Shown piece after piece: positions 19,248 to 29,663 of a stretch of 64,000 nt of DNA. The notes under the pieces were generated by a model. The model had not been told where the DNA came from. It saw only the letters and a program-made list of their open reading frames with translations, and did no database searches. The DNA is from an uncultured bacterium. Lineage in GTDB: Bacteria > Zixibacteria > MSB-5A5 > GN15 > FEB-12. The first letter of the stretch is position 1. Every line of letters starts with the position of its first letter. The stretch covers positions 1 to 64,000 of the forward strand of contig CBDVDR010000013.1 in assembly GCA_965372795.1 (NCBI GenBank), given 5' to 3'. The position numbers were made by a program, and so were the translations under genes.

Positions 19248-20795
19248 TTACATCAAACTTGTTCGCATATTCATATCAAGGTGCATTATCCAAAGTGACA
19301 CAAATGAGAAAAGCACCATCGCTACCAAGAGTGGAATTTGGGCTATAAATGATTTTTTCCCAACCCCAAACATTTTCTCTCCGGCCTTAGCGGCTATTTT
19401 GATTCCGATGATATGTCCGGTTACCACTAACATGATTTGTAGAATCCACACGGTAGTATCCCCCAATAGCATTGGGTATACTTTCCCTATTGTGCCGAAC
19501 AAATCCCACCCGTAACCAAACGGATCTGATAAGAGAGGGATTACCATCTGTCCCTCCATTGCAACATGCATCCCGTTATGAGCCAGATGATAAAATAAGG
19601 CGATTGGAATTAAGCTATAAGAGAAACGAATAAATATTTCTTTTGTGGAAATTCCGTTGTTTGATATTTTAGATGATAAAAAGCAAAGCAGATAATAAAT
19701 AAGAAACGGAATTAGTAATATCGCTGTCATGCCTACGGTAAAGGAAAACAGGGGTCCTAAACCAAAATAAGAATTTAAAAATGAAATAATTGAATCACCG
19801 CCCGAGGTTAAATCTTCCCATACCGGAGTCATGGTTAAACCATGAAAAGATGTCAATGATAAAAGGATAACGGCTAAAATTGATTCATCGGTTCTTGGAC
19901 GAGGATAATCAAGAATATCAGCTGCGAATGGTCGAATATTTAAAGCGACATTATCCTCAGGGCATGACTTAAAACATTCGGTACACATGATACAATATGT
20001 ATTTTCATTTAAACCGGTAAGATTTAATCCGGTCGGACAAGGATAACCCTTTGAGTTACCGTTGTAGCATTCCTTAGTTGTACAGCTGGCACAGACATCA
20101 CGGTTTTTGGCACGGATTTCTATCGGAGAAATATTAGCATACAGACCGGAGATTCGACCAATCAAACAGCCGTATCGGCAAAAAGATTTTTTTTCAAATA
20201 TGAAAATTGGCAGGATAACCATCAGCGCCATTGCCAGTCCCATGATCGCAGTGGCGAAAGGATTATTTGTAACTTTGTATCCTAGCTCAAGCCAGGTAAG
20301 AATTATAAATAAACCGATGGCAAGAACTATGTTTCGCGCCCATGGCGGCCATTTAAGATTCAACGAAAGCGGTTCTTTATTCACATTCCAGAATCGTAAA
20401 TGACTGACAAAAGAAGCAATCATATCCCAGGGACACATGAAGCACCAGATTTTCCCAAAGAGGAGAATCGCAAAGATTAACCCGCCCCACCAGATCGTCC
20501 AAGTTAAGGCCGGTCCGATATTTATTTGCGGGTTCCCAAATAACCCGGCATAAATAATTACGGCAAATAAAAATAATATCGGTAACTGAAAGACAAATTG
20601 TATCCAGCGTCTTTTTACGAGCCAGTCGATAACCGGTATTTTTGTTAGATCAATACGGAGTTTGGATTTTTTCCCGGGGTTAACAAAATAAAATAGAAAA
20701 GAGATGCCTAATACAAGCCCTATACCGGAAAAAAACATCCAGTCAGGATTCCCGGGCATCATATGGATGCCATTTTCAATTTTACAACAATCCAT
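19248..20795 (-). CDS. Polytopic membrane 4Fe-4S binding protein (NapH/YccM-like polyferredoxin)
   Basis: GKIWCFMCP, FCRYGC, CASCTTKEC and CIMCTECFKSCP motifs plus many TM helices. Confidence 0.75.
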   Translation of the reverse strand: MDCCKIENGIHMMPGNPDWMFFSGIGLVLGISFLFYFVNPGKKSKLRIDLTKIPVIDWLVKRRWIQFVFQLPILFLFAVIIYAGLFGNPQINIGPALTWTIWWGGLIFAILLFGKIWCFMCPWDMIASFVSHLRFWNVNKEPLSLNLKWPPWARNIVLAIGLFIILTWLELGYKVTNNPFATAIMGLAMALMVILPIFIFEKKSFCRYGCLIGRISGLYANISPIEIRAKNRDVCASCTTKECYNGNSKGYPCPTGLNLTGLNENTYCIMCTECFKSCPEDNVALNIRPFAADILDYPRPRTDESILAVILLSLTSFHGLTMTPVWEDLTSGGDSIISFLNSYFGLGPLFSFTVGMTAILLIPFLIYYLLCFLSSKISNNGISTKEIFIRFSYSLIPIALFYHLAHNGMHVAMEGQMVIPLLSDPFGYGWDLFGTIGKVYPMLLGDTTVWILQIMLVVTGHIIGIKIAAKAGEKMFGVGKKSFIAQIPLLVAMVLFSFVSLWIMHLDMNMRTSLM

Positions 20796-21347
20796 TTAAG
20801 AAACCCTGATTCTATTTTTGTTTTGTTTTTTACGAATTATTCCCGTGATAGCAGCGAAAACCATGACACTTGCAATTGAAAGCACAAGATAAAGCCACAC
20901 ATTATTTTTGCCACCGACCTTCATTTCGAATAAAACATTATGTACTTTTACAGTGTCAGCAAATGTTACCCGAACAAAATAATCACCCTCTTCTTCATAC
21001 ACCCAGCCGACCTTATATATATTGGTTTGGTTTCGAAAGGCGGTATAGGGATGGGAGTCCTCGGGGTCTTCATGTCTTCCAAAAACTAAAAATACAACTG
21101 GTTCAGTAAACGGAAGATCATTGATTGTGTCACGCACGTAGACGGCTAAATCAAATGCAGTTTTAGCAGGAATTTTATAGTATGTGAAAGTGACTTCATA
21201 TTGAGAAACATTTTGAATCACTTCATAGACCGGAGTCTCAGGATAATTATCACGATAACTATAATGAGGTATTCCTCGAATATGATGGCAGTCACCGGAT
21301 TCAACCGTAATCAATAATAAAATAATTATTAATAATATTTTTTTCAT
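20796..21347 (-). CDS. Exported, C-terminally anchored hypothetical protein
   Basis: Signal peptide, HHIRGIPH near the mature N-terminus, C-terminal TM helix with basic tail. Confidence 0.7.
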   Translation of the reverse strand: MKKILLIIILLLITVESGDCHHIRGIPHYSYRDNYPETPVYEVIQNVSQYEVTFTYYKIPAKTAFDLAVYVRDTINDLPFTEPVVFLVFGRHEDPEDSHPYTAFRNQTNIYKVGWVYEEEGDYFVRVTFADTVKVHNVLFEMKVGGKNNVWLYLVLSIASVMVFAAITGIIRKKQNKNRIRVS

Positions 21348-21348
21348 A

Positions 21349-22242
21349 TCAACCCTTAATTCTTATAACATTTTTTAAAGCATTTCTATTATTATCATTA
21401 CAGGCATCTATACATAATGAACAATTATCACACTCGGGAGGGAAAATTCCCTCCGCCGGTTTTAAATCATAAGGACAAGCCGGATTACAGACACCGCATA
21501 AATCACATTTTGATTTAATTCTCTCTATTCGCCAAACCCTCCATCGTCCTAACAAAGAGAACAGCGCGCCTCCGGGACACAAACGACGACAAAACAGATG
21601 CGGTGAAATTATAATTTCTCCGAGCCACAAAAAAATGATAAAAATCAAACCAGAAGTAATAAATCCGGATAGGATCAAATGGTAGATAGCTTCAGTAAAA
21701 ATTCGCGGTGGATAGATCAGGGTAGTAATTGGAATAGAAATAACTGAGCCCATGAAAAGTGAAATAATCAAATAAAACAGAGGTGTTTTGGCGGGTAGAT
21801 CAAAATGAAAATATTCGATTCCAAACTTTCTTAATAAAACCGTAATGCTTTTCCCAATTTCAGCAAAGAAAGAGTAGGGACAAATCCAGGAACAAAAGAA
21901 CCGGCCAAATAAAAGTATTAACCCAAGCGGAATTAATATTGACAGGAACAAGGTCAGATTAAATTCTAAAGCTGTTACGGTTGAGACCAGGAAAGCCAAC
22001 GGATCGGATAATGATAGAATAAAGAATCGAAAGCTCCAAAGTCCTCCCTCAAAATCACCTTGGAAGAGCATCGGTTTATTTTCATCTCCGAAAACATAAT
22101 CATACATAATCAAAATTGTTGATTCTTCTATTTCAAACTCTGCCCCGATTTGCCCAGCCTTTTTTTCGTATAAGTTATAATACACAAGAGCCACCATCAG
22201 AAACAGAACCAGGCAACGGGTGAAAATTCTATATTTTCTCAC
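21349..22242 (-). CDS. napH: NapH/MauN-type membrane ferredoxin (quinol dehydrogenase subunit)
   Basis: DPLA, GRFFCSWICP, FCRRLCPGG, CDLCGVCNPACP, CDNCSLCIDAC. Confidence 0.8.
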   Translation of the reverse strand: MRKYRIFTRCLVLFLMVALVYYNLYEKKAGQIGAEFEIEESTILIMYDYVFGDENKPMLFQGDFEGGLWSFRFFILSLSDPLAFLVSTVTALEFNLTLFLSILIPLGLILLFGRFFCSWICPYSFFAEIGKSITVLLRKFGIEYFHFDLPAKTPLFYLIISLFMGSVISIPITTLIYPPRIFTEAIYHLILSGFITSGLIFIIFLWLGEIIISPHLFCRRLCPGGALFSLLGRWRVWRIERIKSKCDLCGVCNPACPYDLKPAEGIFPPECDNCSLCIDACNDNNRNALKNVIRIKG

Positions 22243-22840
22243 TGGTTGCCTCCTTCAAATCATCATGATGCACTACTCGTATTGCCTGGGGATAATGAAT
22301 ACAGGCTTGTTCGCATAACCCGCAACCAACACACTTATCAGTTACGACCGGTTGCTCCCAGGTGTCCCCCCAAATAGCGATGCCATCGTATGGGCAGGCA
22401 AAAACACAAACCCCGCATACATATCCGTTAAATGAATTACAAATATTTTTATCTACAACTGCTTTTCCGATTTTAACTTTTTTTAGAATTACATCCGGAT
22501 CATCCGCAATCGGCACCAAAGCTCCACTGGGACAGGTGTTATTGCATTTCATACATAAGATGCATCCTTTTTCGCGAGGTATAAAATGAGGCGTACCGGC
22601 TAATACCAGATTGAGAGTATCAAAGTATTTAATTGTTTCATTTGGACAAACCTGACCGCAACGGCGACATCGAATACATTTTTCTAAAAATTCTGTTTCA
22701 GCTAAAGCCCCGGGCGGTCTGAAGGGAGGTTTTTTTCTTTTTGGTATTAACTTTATGAAGCTATACCAGCTTCCTCCAAGAAGAGCCGTTGAGGGAATCA
22801 ACGATGCAAAAAATGCTTTTAAAAAATCTCTTTTATTCAT
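22229..22840 (-). CDS. napG: NapG/MauM-type periplasmic ferredoxin
   Basis: KRDFLK Tat-like leader, RPPGA..E.EFL..CIRC, four Cys clusters. Confidence 0.82.
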   Translation of the reverse strand: MNKRDFLKAFFASLIPSTALLGGSWYSFIKLIPKRKKPPFRPPGALAETEFLEKCIRCRRCGQVCPNETIKYFDTLNLVLAGTPHFIPREKGCILCMKCNNTCPSGALVPIADDPDVILKKVKIGKAVVDKNICNSFNGYVCGVCVFACPYDGIAIWGDTWEQPVVTDKCVGCGLCEQACIHYPQAIRVVHHDDLKEATSEKI

Positions 22841-22909
22841 TGTACCAAAAAGAACTGTCCAACGATTGTGCCGGACAGTTCTTCATTTATAAACCCAAAA
22901 AGTAAAAAA

Positions 22910-25570
22910 CTAAATCTTCTCAATTCGAGCAGCAAGTTTCTTAAAGTCAACCTGACCGGAAACCGGATCATAAGCCCGATGTGAGGTTGCATTGACCAGC
23001 CATTTGTTTTTCTTCGGATCAGCTGAATCAGCAACCGATAAATTCCATGGTGAAAATATATATCCCCGAGGAACTTCATTACGCGATGGTTTAATTTTTG
23101 AACGAATACCTCCGACCGAAACCCGTGCCTCATAATGTCCGCGACGGGTGTGAATCCGAATCTTATCACCATCGTTCAGACCATTGATTTCGGCATCTTT
23201 TGGATGCATCTCGACATACTGTTCAGGAACCAACCGTCTGGTTGTAGCACCTCTGATTGTTTTGGCAGTATGGAAATGTTCATAGACAATTCCCAAGCCA
23301 AGCCAGAACGGATATTTCCCTTTTGGAACCGATTTCCAATGTTTCTGGCATTGTTCAAAATCAGGGAGTTCAGGAGTTAACGCCATATCACGAGCCTGTA
23401 TTAAAACATCTTCATGATCAACAGCATAGTAACCTTCTACAGTTCCCATTTTCTCAAGTTCTTTCATAACTTTAGCACGATTGGTATAATCCTGTCGGCA
23501 AACTTTGAAATGCATCTTGCCATCAGGTTTACGGAACATGCCATACGGTTTATCAGCCCATTCTTCCTGACCCATAAAGCGTCGCGCAGTGCCGCCTTTT
23601 TTTGCAATTTCATAAGTAGCCGCCGGCCATTGTATACCTCGAAGGCGGCGCAATTGATCATATAGACCGATACCATCACGGTCGCGAACCTCAAGCATCC
23701 CTGTCATATCACAGTCAGTCCCTTTGGAGCCTTTGACAATTTCATCAAAAACTTCTTCTGAATCATACAATTCGGGACCGTCTGGATGAAATCGTTTTTT
23801 CTTATATGGGAAAATCTTATCCCCATCCATCCCTAACAGATTAGCCATCATCTTCCCTTTATCAATAGCCATATCCAAATCAGGAACGCAGTTTTCAAGT
23901 CCCGGGGCACCCTTGCCAACTCCATCAACGACATTAAAACGTCGTTCAGATGAAATATAGGTTCCACCCGGCCATTCGCCCCAGGTAAGGGCAGGGAAAA
24001 TAACATCGGCATATAAGTTATTGGGGGCATGACGATAAATATCCTGCACCACGACAAACAACTTTTTCAATGCCGGACGAATCAAATTATTTAAATCAGG
24101 TTGATGAATATGGGTTGTGTACATATAGAACATACCCTTAACATCACCTTTTAAAGCCCGTTCAAACAGACCTACCATCATTCCGGGATTTTTTTCCTTG
24201 TTGGCAAGATCTAGCTGTCCTGGAGGTAAATTCCAAACTTTATTCATCCATTCACGGTGCTTGTCATCTTTGAGAGCAACGTTATAAGGCAGTCTTCCGG
24301 TTAGACCGCCCATTAATCTTTCACCCATCGCATTCGGTTGTCCGGTCATCGAAAATGGTCCGGCTCCCGGACGTCCAAGATTTCCGGTTAGAGCGTGCAG
24401 ATTGATAATACTGATCACATTGTGTTGACCGTGGATGTGCTGGTTATAGCCAATTCCCCAGAAAGAAATAACGCCGCCTTTGCCGCGTTTTTTTCCTTTG
24501 ACAGAAGCTTTTGCCCATTGGGCAGCAACTTTACGGATTAAGGCAGGTTCGACCATGGTACGATCCTGTACCTGTTCGGGAGAATATTCTTCTTTCATCA
24601 CTTTGATATATTCTTCCCAGCCATTGGCATGGTTTTTCAAAAATTCATAATCAATAGCTTCCGGATGATCCTTGATAATCACATGAGCGATAGCATTCAA
24701 AATTGATATATCGCCGTTGATTGTCTGGAAGTGAGTAGAATTTCTTGGATTAATAGCTTCCAACGCCTGAACCGTGCCGGTTCGACGAGGGTCAACCACA
24801 ACTGTCGGAATTCCATTTTTCTTTTTATGGTCGGCTACTCTCCAAAAAACAATTGTATGAGACGCACGAGCATTATGTCCCCAGTGAGTAATCATGTCGG
24901 ATTCTTCAATATCATCATAAGACATTGGAGGAGTATCCGAACCAAAGGTTGCAAAATACGCTGTAACGGCTGAAGTCATACAGGTCCGGGCATTAGCTTC
25001 AATAGAGTTAGAACCTAAAACTCCTTTTACCAGTTTATTCTCAATCCATTGAGCTTCCACAGTTAACTGACCAGAACCATACAGACCGATTGAGTTCCCA
25101 CCATGAGCATCGTAGATAGCTTTCATTTTTTCGCCGACAATACGTTCACCTTCTTCAAAAGAAACTTCCTCAAACATATCATCGTCAAAACCGCCTTTGG
25201 TTTGCGACTCATAACCTGTCAGAGGGTCGGACATATCTTTCCGAATCAGAACTTTGTCCAGACGATCCACATAGGTCGGTTCATCTGCATTCAGACCTTT
25301 AATGCATTGAACCCCTTTGTTGGTTGGATGTTGTTTATCCGGTACAACCCCCAAAATACGACCATCTTTAGCGGCTTTAATTACTGTGCCGCACCCTACA
25401 CCGCAGTACGGGCATTGGGCGAGAATATTTTGTGCAACCGGTGAAACACCCGTTGCTTCGGCTAAAATCTCTTCGGGTGAAAAGATTGCTGAGCCTAAGC
25501 CTATCGAGGCGGCGCCTGCGACAGAGCCTTTTAAAAAATTACGTCTGTTGATAGAGCCTTTCTTCCCCAT
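22910..25570 (-). CDS. napA: Tat-exported molybdopterin nitrate reductase catalytic subunit (NapA/NasA family)
   Basis: NRRNFLK signal; CPYCGVGC...C FeS motif; YGSGQ; NARTCM Mo ligand (Cys-Met); TGQPNAMG; C-terminal DPVSGQ. Confidence 0.8.
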   Translation of the reverse strand: MGKKGSINRRNFLKGSVAGAASIGLGSAIFSPEEILAEATGVSPVAQNILAQCPYCGVGCGTVIKAAKDGRILGVVPDKQHPTNKGVQCIKGLNADEPTYVDRLDKVLIRKDMSDPLTGYESQTKGGFDDDMFEEVSFEEGERIVGEKMKAIYDAHGGNSIGLYGSGQLTVEAQWIENKLVKGVLGSNSIEANARTCMTSAVTAYFATFGSDTPPMSYDDIEESDMITHWGHNARASHTIVFWRVADHKKKNGIPTVVVDPRRTGTVQALEAINPRNSTHFQTINGDISILNAIAHVIIKDHPEAIDYEFLKNHANGWEEYIKVMKEEYSPEQVQDRTMVEPALIRKVAAQWAKASVKGKKRGKGGVISFWGIGYNQHIHGQHNVISIINLHALTGNLGRPGAGPFSMTGQPNAMGERLMGGLTGRLPYNVALKDDKHREWMNKVWNLPPGQLDLANKEKNPGMMVGLFERALKGDVKGMFYMYTTHIHQPDLNNLIRPALKKLFVVVQDIYRHAPNNLYADVIFPALTWGEWPGGTYISSERRFNVVDGVGKGAPGLENCVPDLDMAIDKGKMMANLLGMDGDKIFPYKKKRFHPDGPELYDSEEVFDEIVKGSKGTDCDMTGMLEVRDRDGIGLYDQLRRLRGIQWPAATYEIAKKGGTARRFMGQEEWADKPYGMFRKPDGKMHFKVCRQDYTNRAKVMKELEKMGTVEGYYAVDHEDVLIQARDMALTPELPDFEQCQKHWKSVPKGKYPFWLGLGIVYEHFHTAKTIRGATTRRLVPEQYVEMHPKDAEINGLNDGDKIRIHTRRGHYEARVSVGGIRSKIKPSRNEVPRGYIFSPWNLSVADSADPKKNKWLVNATSHRAYDPVSGQVDFKKLAARIEKI

Positions 25571-25577
25571 TAGAAGA

Positions 25578-28085
25578 TTACTCCTTTCCCATCTTTATAT
25601 AAGAGATGATATCATTTATTTCTTTTGAACTAAGTTCAGTTAATCCGGCATTCCCTCGAATCATCGACTGCATCGCCGTCTGGTGGCGACCCAGTGACAT
25701 CGTTGCCTGCAGATACCCGACCGGGACTGCTTTTACAAAAGCCGAACGCATCAAGTCAGGTGCGAAGGAACCTCTTTGATGACATTGAATGCACTGGCTT
25801 TCATAGATAATTTTTCCGTTTTGCGGAGTGCCGACAATATATTTTTGACCGATTTCTGATTTTTCTTTATTTCTCAAATAATAGGTAATTGACATCGCCG
25901 TATTCATATCAAGTTCCACGATCCCCCCGCGACCAAATTTTTTCATTTCGGTTCCATCACGTCCGGACATCATCATTGCGATAATAAATCCGTCAGAGAC
26001 CGATTGCAAAAATCCTTCTTTACCGATACCGGGACCATTGCCGCCGCCTCCGCCTTCGCCATGACATTGAGCACACATCCGACTGAATTCATCCCGCCCG
26101 TTATCAAGATCTCCGGGGATGGTACTTATCCCTCTCAAGTCAGCTGGATTTTTTTCAAGGGTTCTGATATAGCTGACAATATCATTCAATTCTCTTTTGC
26201 TCAAATCAGAGGTACCGCTCTGTCCATGAAGATTTCCCTTCATTTGGCTACCGGAACGACCGTAGGCTGCCATCATCCAAATATATTCATCCGATGCATA
26301 AGCAAGGAAATCTATGCTTCCAATTGCCGGACCGTTCAAGCCAACGCCTTGTTGGCCATGGCACTGGGCACAAGTTCGTTCGAATAAATGTTTACCGTTA
26401 AATTCAGAACCGTTAATTTTCTTTTTACTCGTACCGGTAATTGAACCGGAATATCCGGAACGTAAATATGCTGTTATATCGGCGAGGCTTTTTTTACCAA
26501 GATAATTATATGATGCCATCGCTGTATTACGACGCCCTTTAACAAGGGTGTTATACAAGAATTTATTATCAGCTAACTTTAGAAATTCTTCCGAGTTTAA
26601 CGATGGTCCAATCCCGCCCTCTTTTTCATCACCATGACAGGAGGCACAGTTTTCATAAAATAATCTTTTACCTTTGTTACTTGAACCATATTGAACAGCA
26701 TTTGCAAACGAGTTGTATCTTATTGTTTTATCTCGCCAACTATCAAGATACTCCATCAGATCAGCAAGTTCCTGCACCGACAAGAAATTCCACGCCGGCA
26801 TCGCCGTACCGGCTCTGCCATTTACAATCGTTTCATAAAATTGTTCACTATCAAAGGTCGATAACAATTGCGGTGAATTCAATGTCGGTCCGATTAAATC
26901 CGTTTCATAATCTCCGTCAATACCATGGCAACCGGCACAATTCGCATTAAAAGATATGCGACCATAATCTGCTACACCAATGGTAGATTCAATTTCTTCA
27001 AATGGTTTAGGTTTCTTTCTTAAACTTAAGACAAAGTCAGATATTTTTGAAATTTCACTCTTAGAAAGTCCGCCGCCTGAACCCCAGGCAGGCATAACCG
27101 AAGAACCGGAACCACTGATAATTGCTGATAAGAAATCATTATCAACAATTGCCAAAAATTGAGGATTTCCCAAGGCCGGACCGAGTTTTCCGATCTCGGT
27201 CAGATTTGTACCCTTGCCGTTTTTTCCATGGCAGGCGGAACAGTTACTCATATATAAATCCCGACCGCTCTTTTCAACATGACCCGAGGCGGCAATCATT
27301 CCTTCCGGGACAGAGAATTCCTGAAATGATTTTAAATAAACAGTTAGATCCATAGCTTCCTGTTCAGTGAAACCATAATTGATCATTTGTGAAGAATCCG
27401 GCTGGATCTTTGGTTGATAAACAGCTTCAAAGAGATACGCCAGATTTACATTACCATTAAACTTTTCAATTAAATCATGATTATCTTCATGCGGACGTTT
27501 TTCATGAAAAGAAGCCTGACCGATGGTTGTTAACTCCGGTCCAAGGGAGCCCCCTCGTCCTTGAACAGAATGACAACTTTGGCACCCGTTTTCAATAAAC
27601 AATCGTTTACCTTTTTGGTATGCCCCGGTGACTTCCGGCATTTCTGAACGATGACAACGGGCACAATTAGATTCTAAGTATGGCGATAAAAGAACCGGTT
27701 CTTCCCAATATAGTTCTTTTTTATGAGCAAGGGCATCAGTCAGCGTAGTTGCCCGACCCTGCCCGTCATGACAAATTGTACATCCGAATTGATCCGGATC
27801 GTGATCATTTAGATAATTCCCTGGATGAACAGCCAGCGGGTTATCCAATTCTTCAGCATTTGGATTTGTTATCCCTACATGGCAAATAACACACCGATCA
27901 ATTTTATCTAAATGGGGCAAAACCAACTGCCGATAATCTACATTAAAATCAAAACCTTTTTCAGAAACAAAATCAGCATACTCGGTTTGATAGTCCCGCC
28001 AATCCGTTGTTAAATATTCCTGTACTGCACCGTATATTAAAAAAACGATAACGACTAAACTGGATATAAACATTATTTTTTTCAT
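25578..28085 (-). CDS. Membrane-anchored decaheme cytochrome c
   Basis: N-terminal TM helix; 10 CxxCH motifs (CVICH, CTICH, CARCH, CQSCH, CSACH, CAGCH, CASCH, CAQCH x2, CIQCH). Confidence 0.88.
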   Translation of the reverse strand: MKKIMFISSLVVIVFLIYGAVQEYLTTDWRDYQTEYADFVSEKGFDFNVDYRQLVLPHLDKIDRCVICHVGITNPNAEELDNPLAVHPGNYLNDHDPDQFGCTICHDGQGRATTLTDALAHKKELYWEEPVLLSPYLESNCARCHRSEMPEVTGAYQKGKRLFIENGCQSCHSVQGRGGSLGPELTTIGQASFHEKRPHEDNHDLIEKFNGNVNLAYLFEAVYQPKIQPDSSQMINYGFTEQEAMDLTVYLKSFQEFSVPEGMIAASGHVEKSGRDLYMSNCSACHGKNGKGTNLTEIGKLGPALGNPQFLAIVDNDFLSAIISGSGSSVMPAWGSGGGLSKSEISKISDFVLSLRKKPKPFEEIESTIGVADYGRISFNANCAGCHGIDGDYETDLIGPTLNSPQLLSTFDSEQFYETIVNGRAGTAMPAWNFLSVQELADLMEYLDSWRDKTIRYNSFANAVQYGSSNKGKRLFYENCASCHGDEKEGGIGPSLNSEEFLKLADNKFLYNTLVKGRRNTAMASYNYLGKKSLADITAYLRSGYSGSITGTSKKKINGSEFNGKHLFERTCAQCHGQQGVGLNGPAIGSIDFLAYASDEYIWMMAAYGRSGSQMKGNLHGQSGTSDLSKRELNDIVSYIRTLEKNPADLRGISTIPGDLDNGRDEFSRMCAQCHGEGGGGGNGPGIGKEGFLQSVSDGFIIAMMMSGRDGTEMKKFGRGGIVELDMNTAMSITYYLRNKEKSEIGQKYIVGTPQNGKIIYESQCIQCHQRGSFAPDLMRSAFVKAVPVGYLQATMSLGRHQTAMQSMIRGNAGLTELSSKEINDIISYIKMGKE

Positions 28086-28094
28086 AGTTTTCCT

Positions 28095-29663
28095 CTAATG
28101 TGCCGGCCATAGTGAGGGCCACCAATAAAAGTCCCAGTTTGGTCCCCGATGTTGGTATGCAAAATAAGTTAATATGGCAAAGCCAACTATAAAGCAGGTG
28201 AAAATCGCCTGTGCTCCCAATCGAGTTGAATCTGTTTTATTCAAAACGCGAATTGACCACCAGACAAATAATCCGGTTATAACCGTTCCGGGATTTATCA
28301 GCACAATTAATATTTGAGGAATACCCGGGAACCAACTTCTAAGCCAGCCGAAATTTACCGTAAAGATCAGCATTGCTAATATGACTGCTGTTGAAAAAAT
28401 CACCGAACTTTTAAAGATGGATCGTTCATCTTTATCAGGAAACCATACCCCCGACTCATTGCGGGTTTTATCCAAAAATGGGATTAACATTAATCCTAAT
28501 ACTGCAAGCCCCGGAATAAATACTCCACCCATGAACGCCGAATAGGAGACTAACTCCTGAAGCCCGAGGAAATACCACGGAGCTTTAGCCGGATTTTCCG
28601 GTACCGCCGGATTAGCCGCTTCTTTCAAAGGAGCATCTCCGAAAAATGAGAGCACGACTACAATAGCAAGGATTAATGCAAATATAGCCATCTCAGAATA
28701 GAACAGATTCGGCCAGGTTTGAACAGTTTGATTAGGGCTGTTTTTTACATTGTTACTTTTTCCTTTTACAAGGCACATCAATCCATACGTTTTACCTTCT
28801 GTTGGAAATGCCATCTCAGCCAGTTCATCTTTGGGTGTTCCCGCAAGCATCTCCTCAGTAACAACCGTTGGTCGTGACATCCCCCCATCTTTTCTAATTC
28901 TCCAGAAATGGACGCCCATAAACCCAATTAGAATTAATGGCAGGAAAATACAGTGAAGAAAATAAAACCTTATGAGGGCTTCTTCACCGACAATATCCGC
29001 CCCAAGTAAAAGTCGTTTTTGCATCCCTCCAATATCCATCAATTTTGTAATGCCCAGCGCATCGGTAACTTCTACGGGTGAACCCGCAATTTGCGCTCCG
29101 ATGGTTGTTGCCCAATAAGCTAATTGATCCCACGGCAGAAGGTATCCGGTAAACGACAACCCCAGAGTAACCGCAAAAAGAACAATCCCAACAACCCAGT
29201 TAAACTGGCGGGGATGTCGGTATGATGCGGTCATGAACACTCGTATCATATGAAGAATGACTGTGATTACCATGACATGCGCCGCCCAGCGATGGATATT
29301 GCGCATCAAGCGCCCGCCCGGGACAGCATAATGAATATCTTTAATTGAATTATATGCCTGTGCCAGAGACGGTTTATAATAGATCATGAGTAAAACGCCG
29401 GTAATCACAAGAATAACAAATGCCGCCGCCGATGCCACACCCAACCCAACTGTAAAAGTTTTTTTAAAATTATAACGGTGGGTCCGCACTGAATGAATAT
29501 GCAAAAACAGGTTCGAAAAAACTGATTGTGAGGCAGCCCGATTAGATGAGCGCGGTCCATGCCGAACAGTTGCATCTTTGAAAGACCGGGGCAGATTCTT
29601 TAAGTTCTCAAGGAATATATCCAGACCGGATTGTTTTTTGTCTTGATCGGAAGAATTAGACAT
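28095..29663 (-). CDS. qcrB: Cytochrome b of a Rieske/cyt b complex (b6-like + subunit IV fused)
   Basis: IHRWAAH and LHC...VHF heme ligands, SFTGYLLPWDQLAYW, APWYF Qo-site motif. Confidence 0.88.
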   Translation of the reverse strand: MSNSSDQDKKQSGLDIFLENLKNLPRSFKDATVRHGPRSSNRAASQSVFSNLFLHIHSVRTHRYNFKKTFTVGLGVASAAAFVILVITGVLLMIYYKPSLAQAYNSIKDIHYAVPGGRLMRNIHRWAAHVMVITVILHMIRVFMTASYRHPRQFNWVVGIVLFAVTLGLSFTGYLLPWDQLAYWATTIGAQIAGSPVEVTDALGITKLMDIGGMQKRLLLGADIVGEEALIRFYFLHCIFLPLILIGFMGVHFWRIRKDGGMSRPTVVTEEMLAGTPKDELAEMAFPTEGKTYGLMCLVKGKSNNVKNSPNQTVQTWPNLFYSEMAIFALILAIVVVLSFFGDAPLKEAANPAVPENPAKAPWYFLGLQELVSYSAFMGGVFIPGLAVLGLMLIPFLDKTRNESGVWFPDKDERSIFKSSVIFSTAVILAMLIFTVNFGWLRSWFPGIPQILIVLINPGTVITGLFVWWSIRVLNKTDSTRLGAQAIFTCFIVGFAILTYFAYQHRGPNWDFYWWPSLWPAH

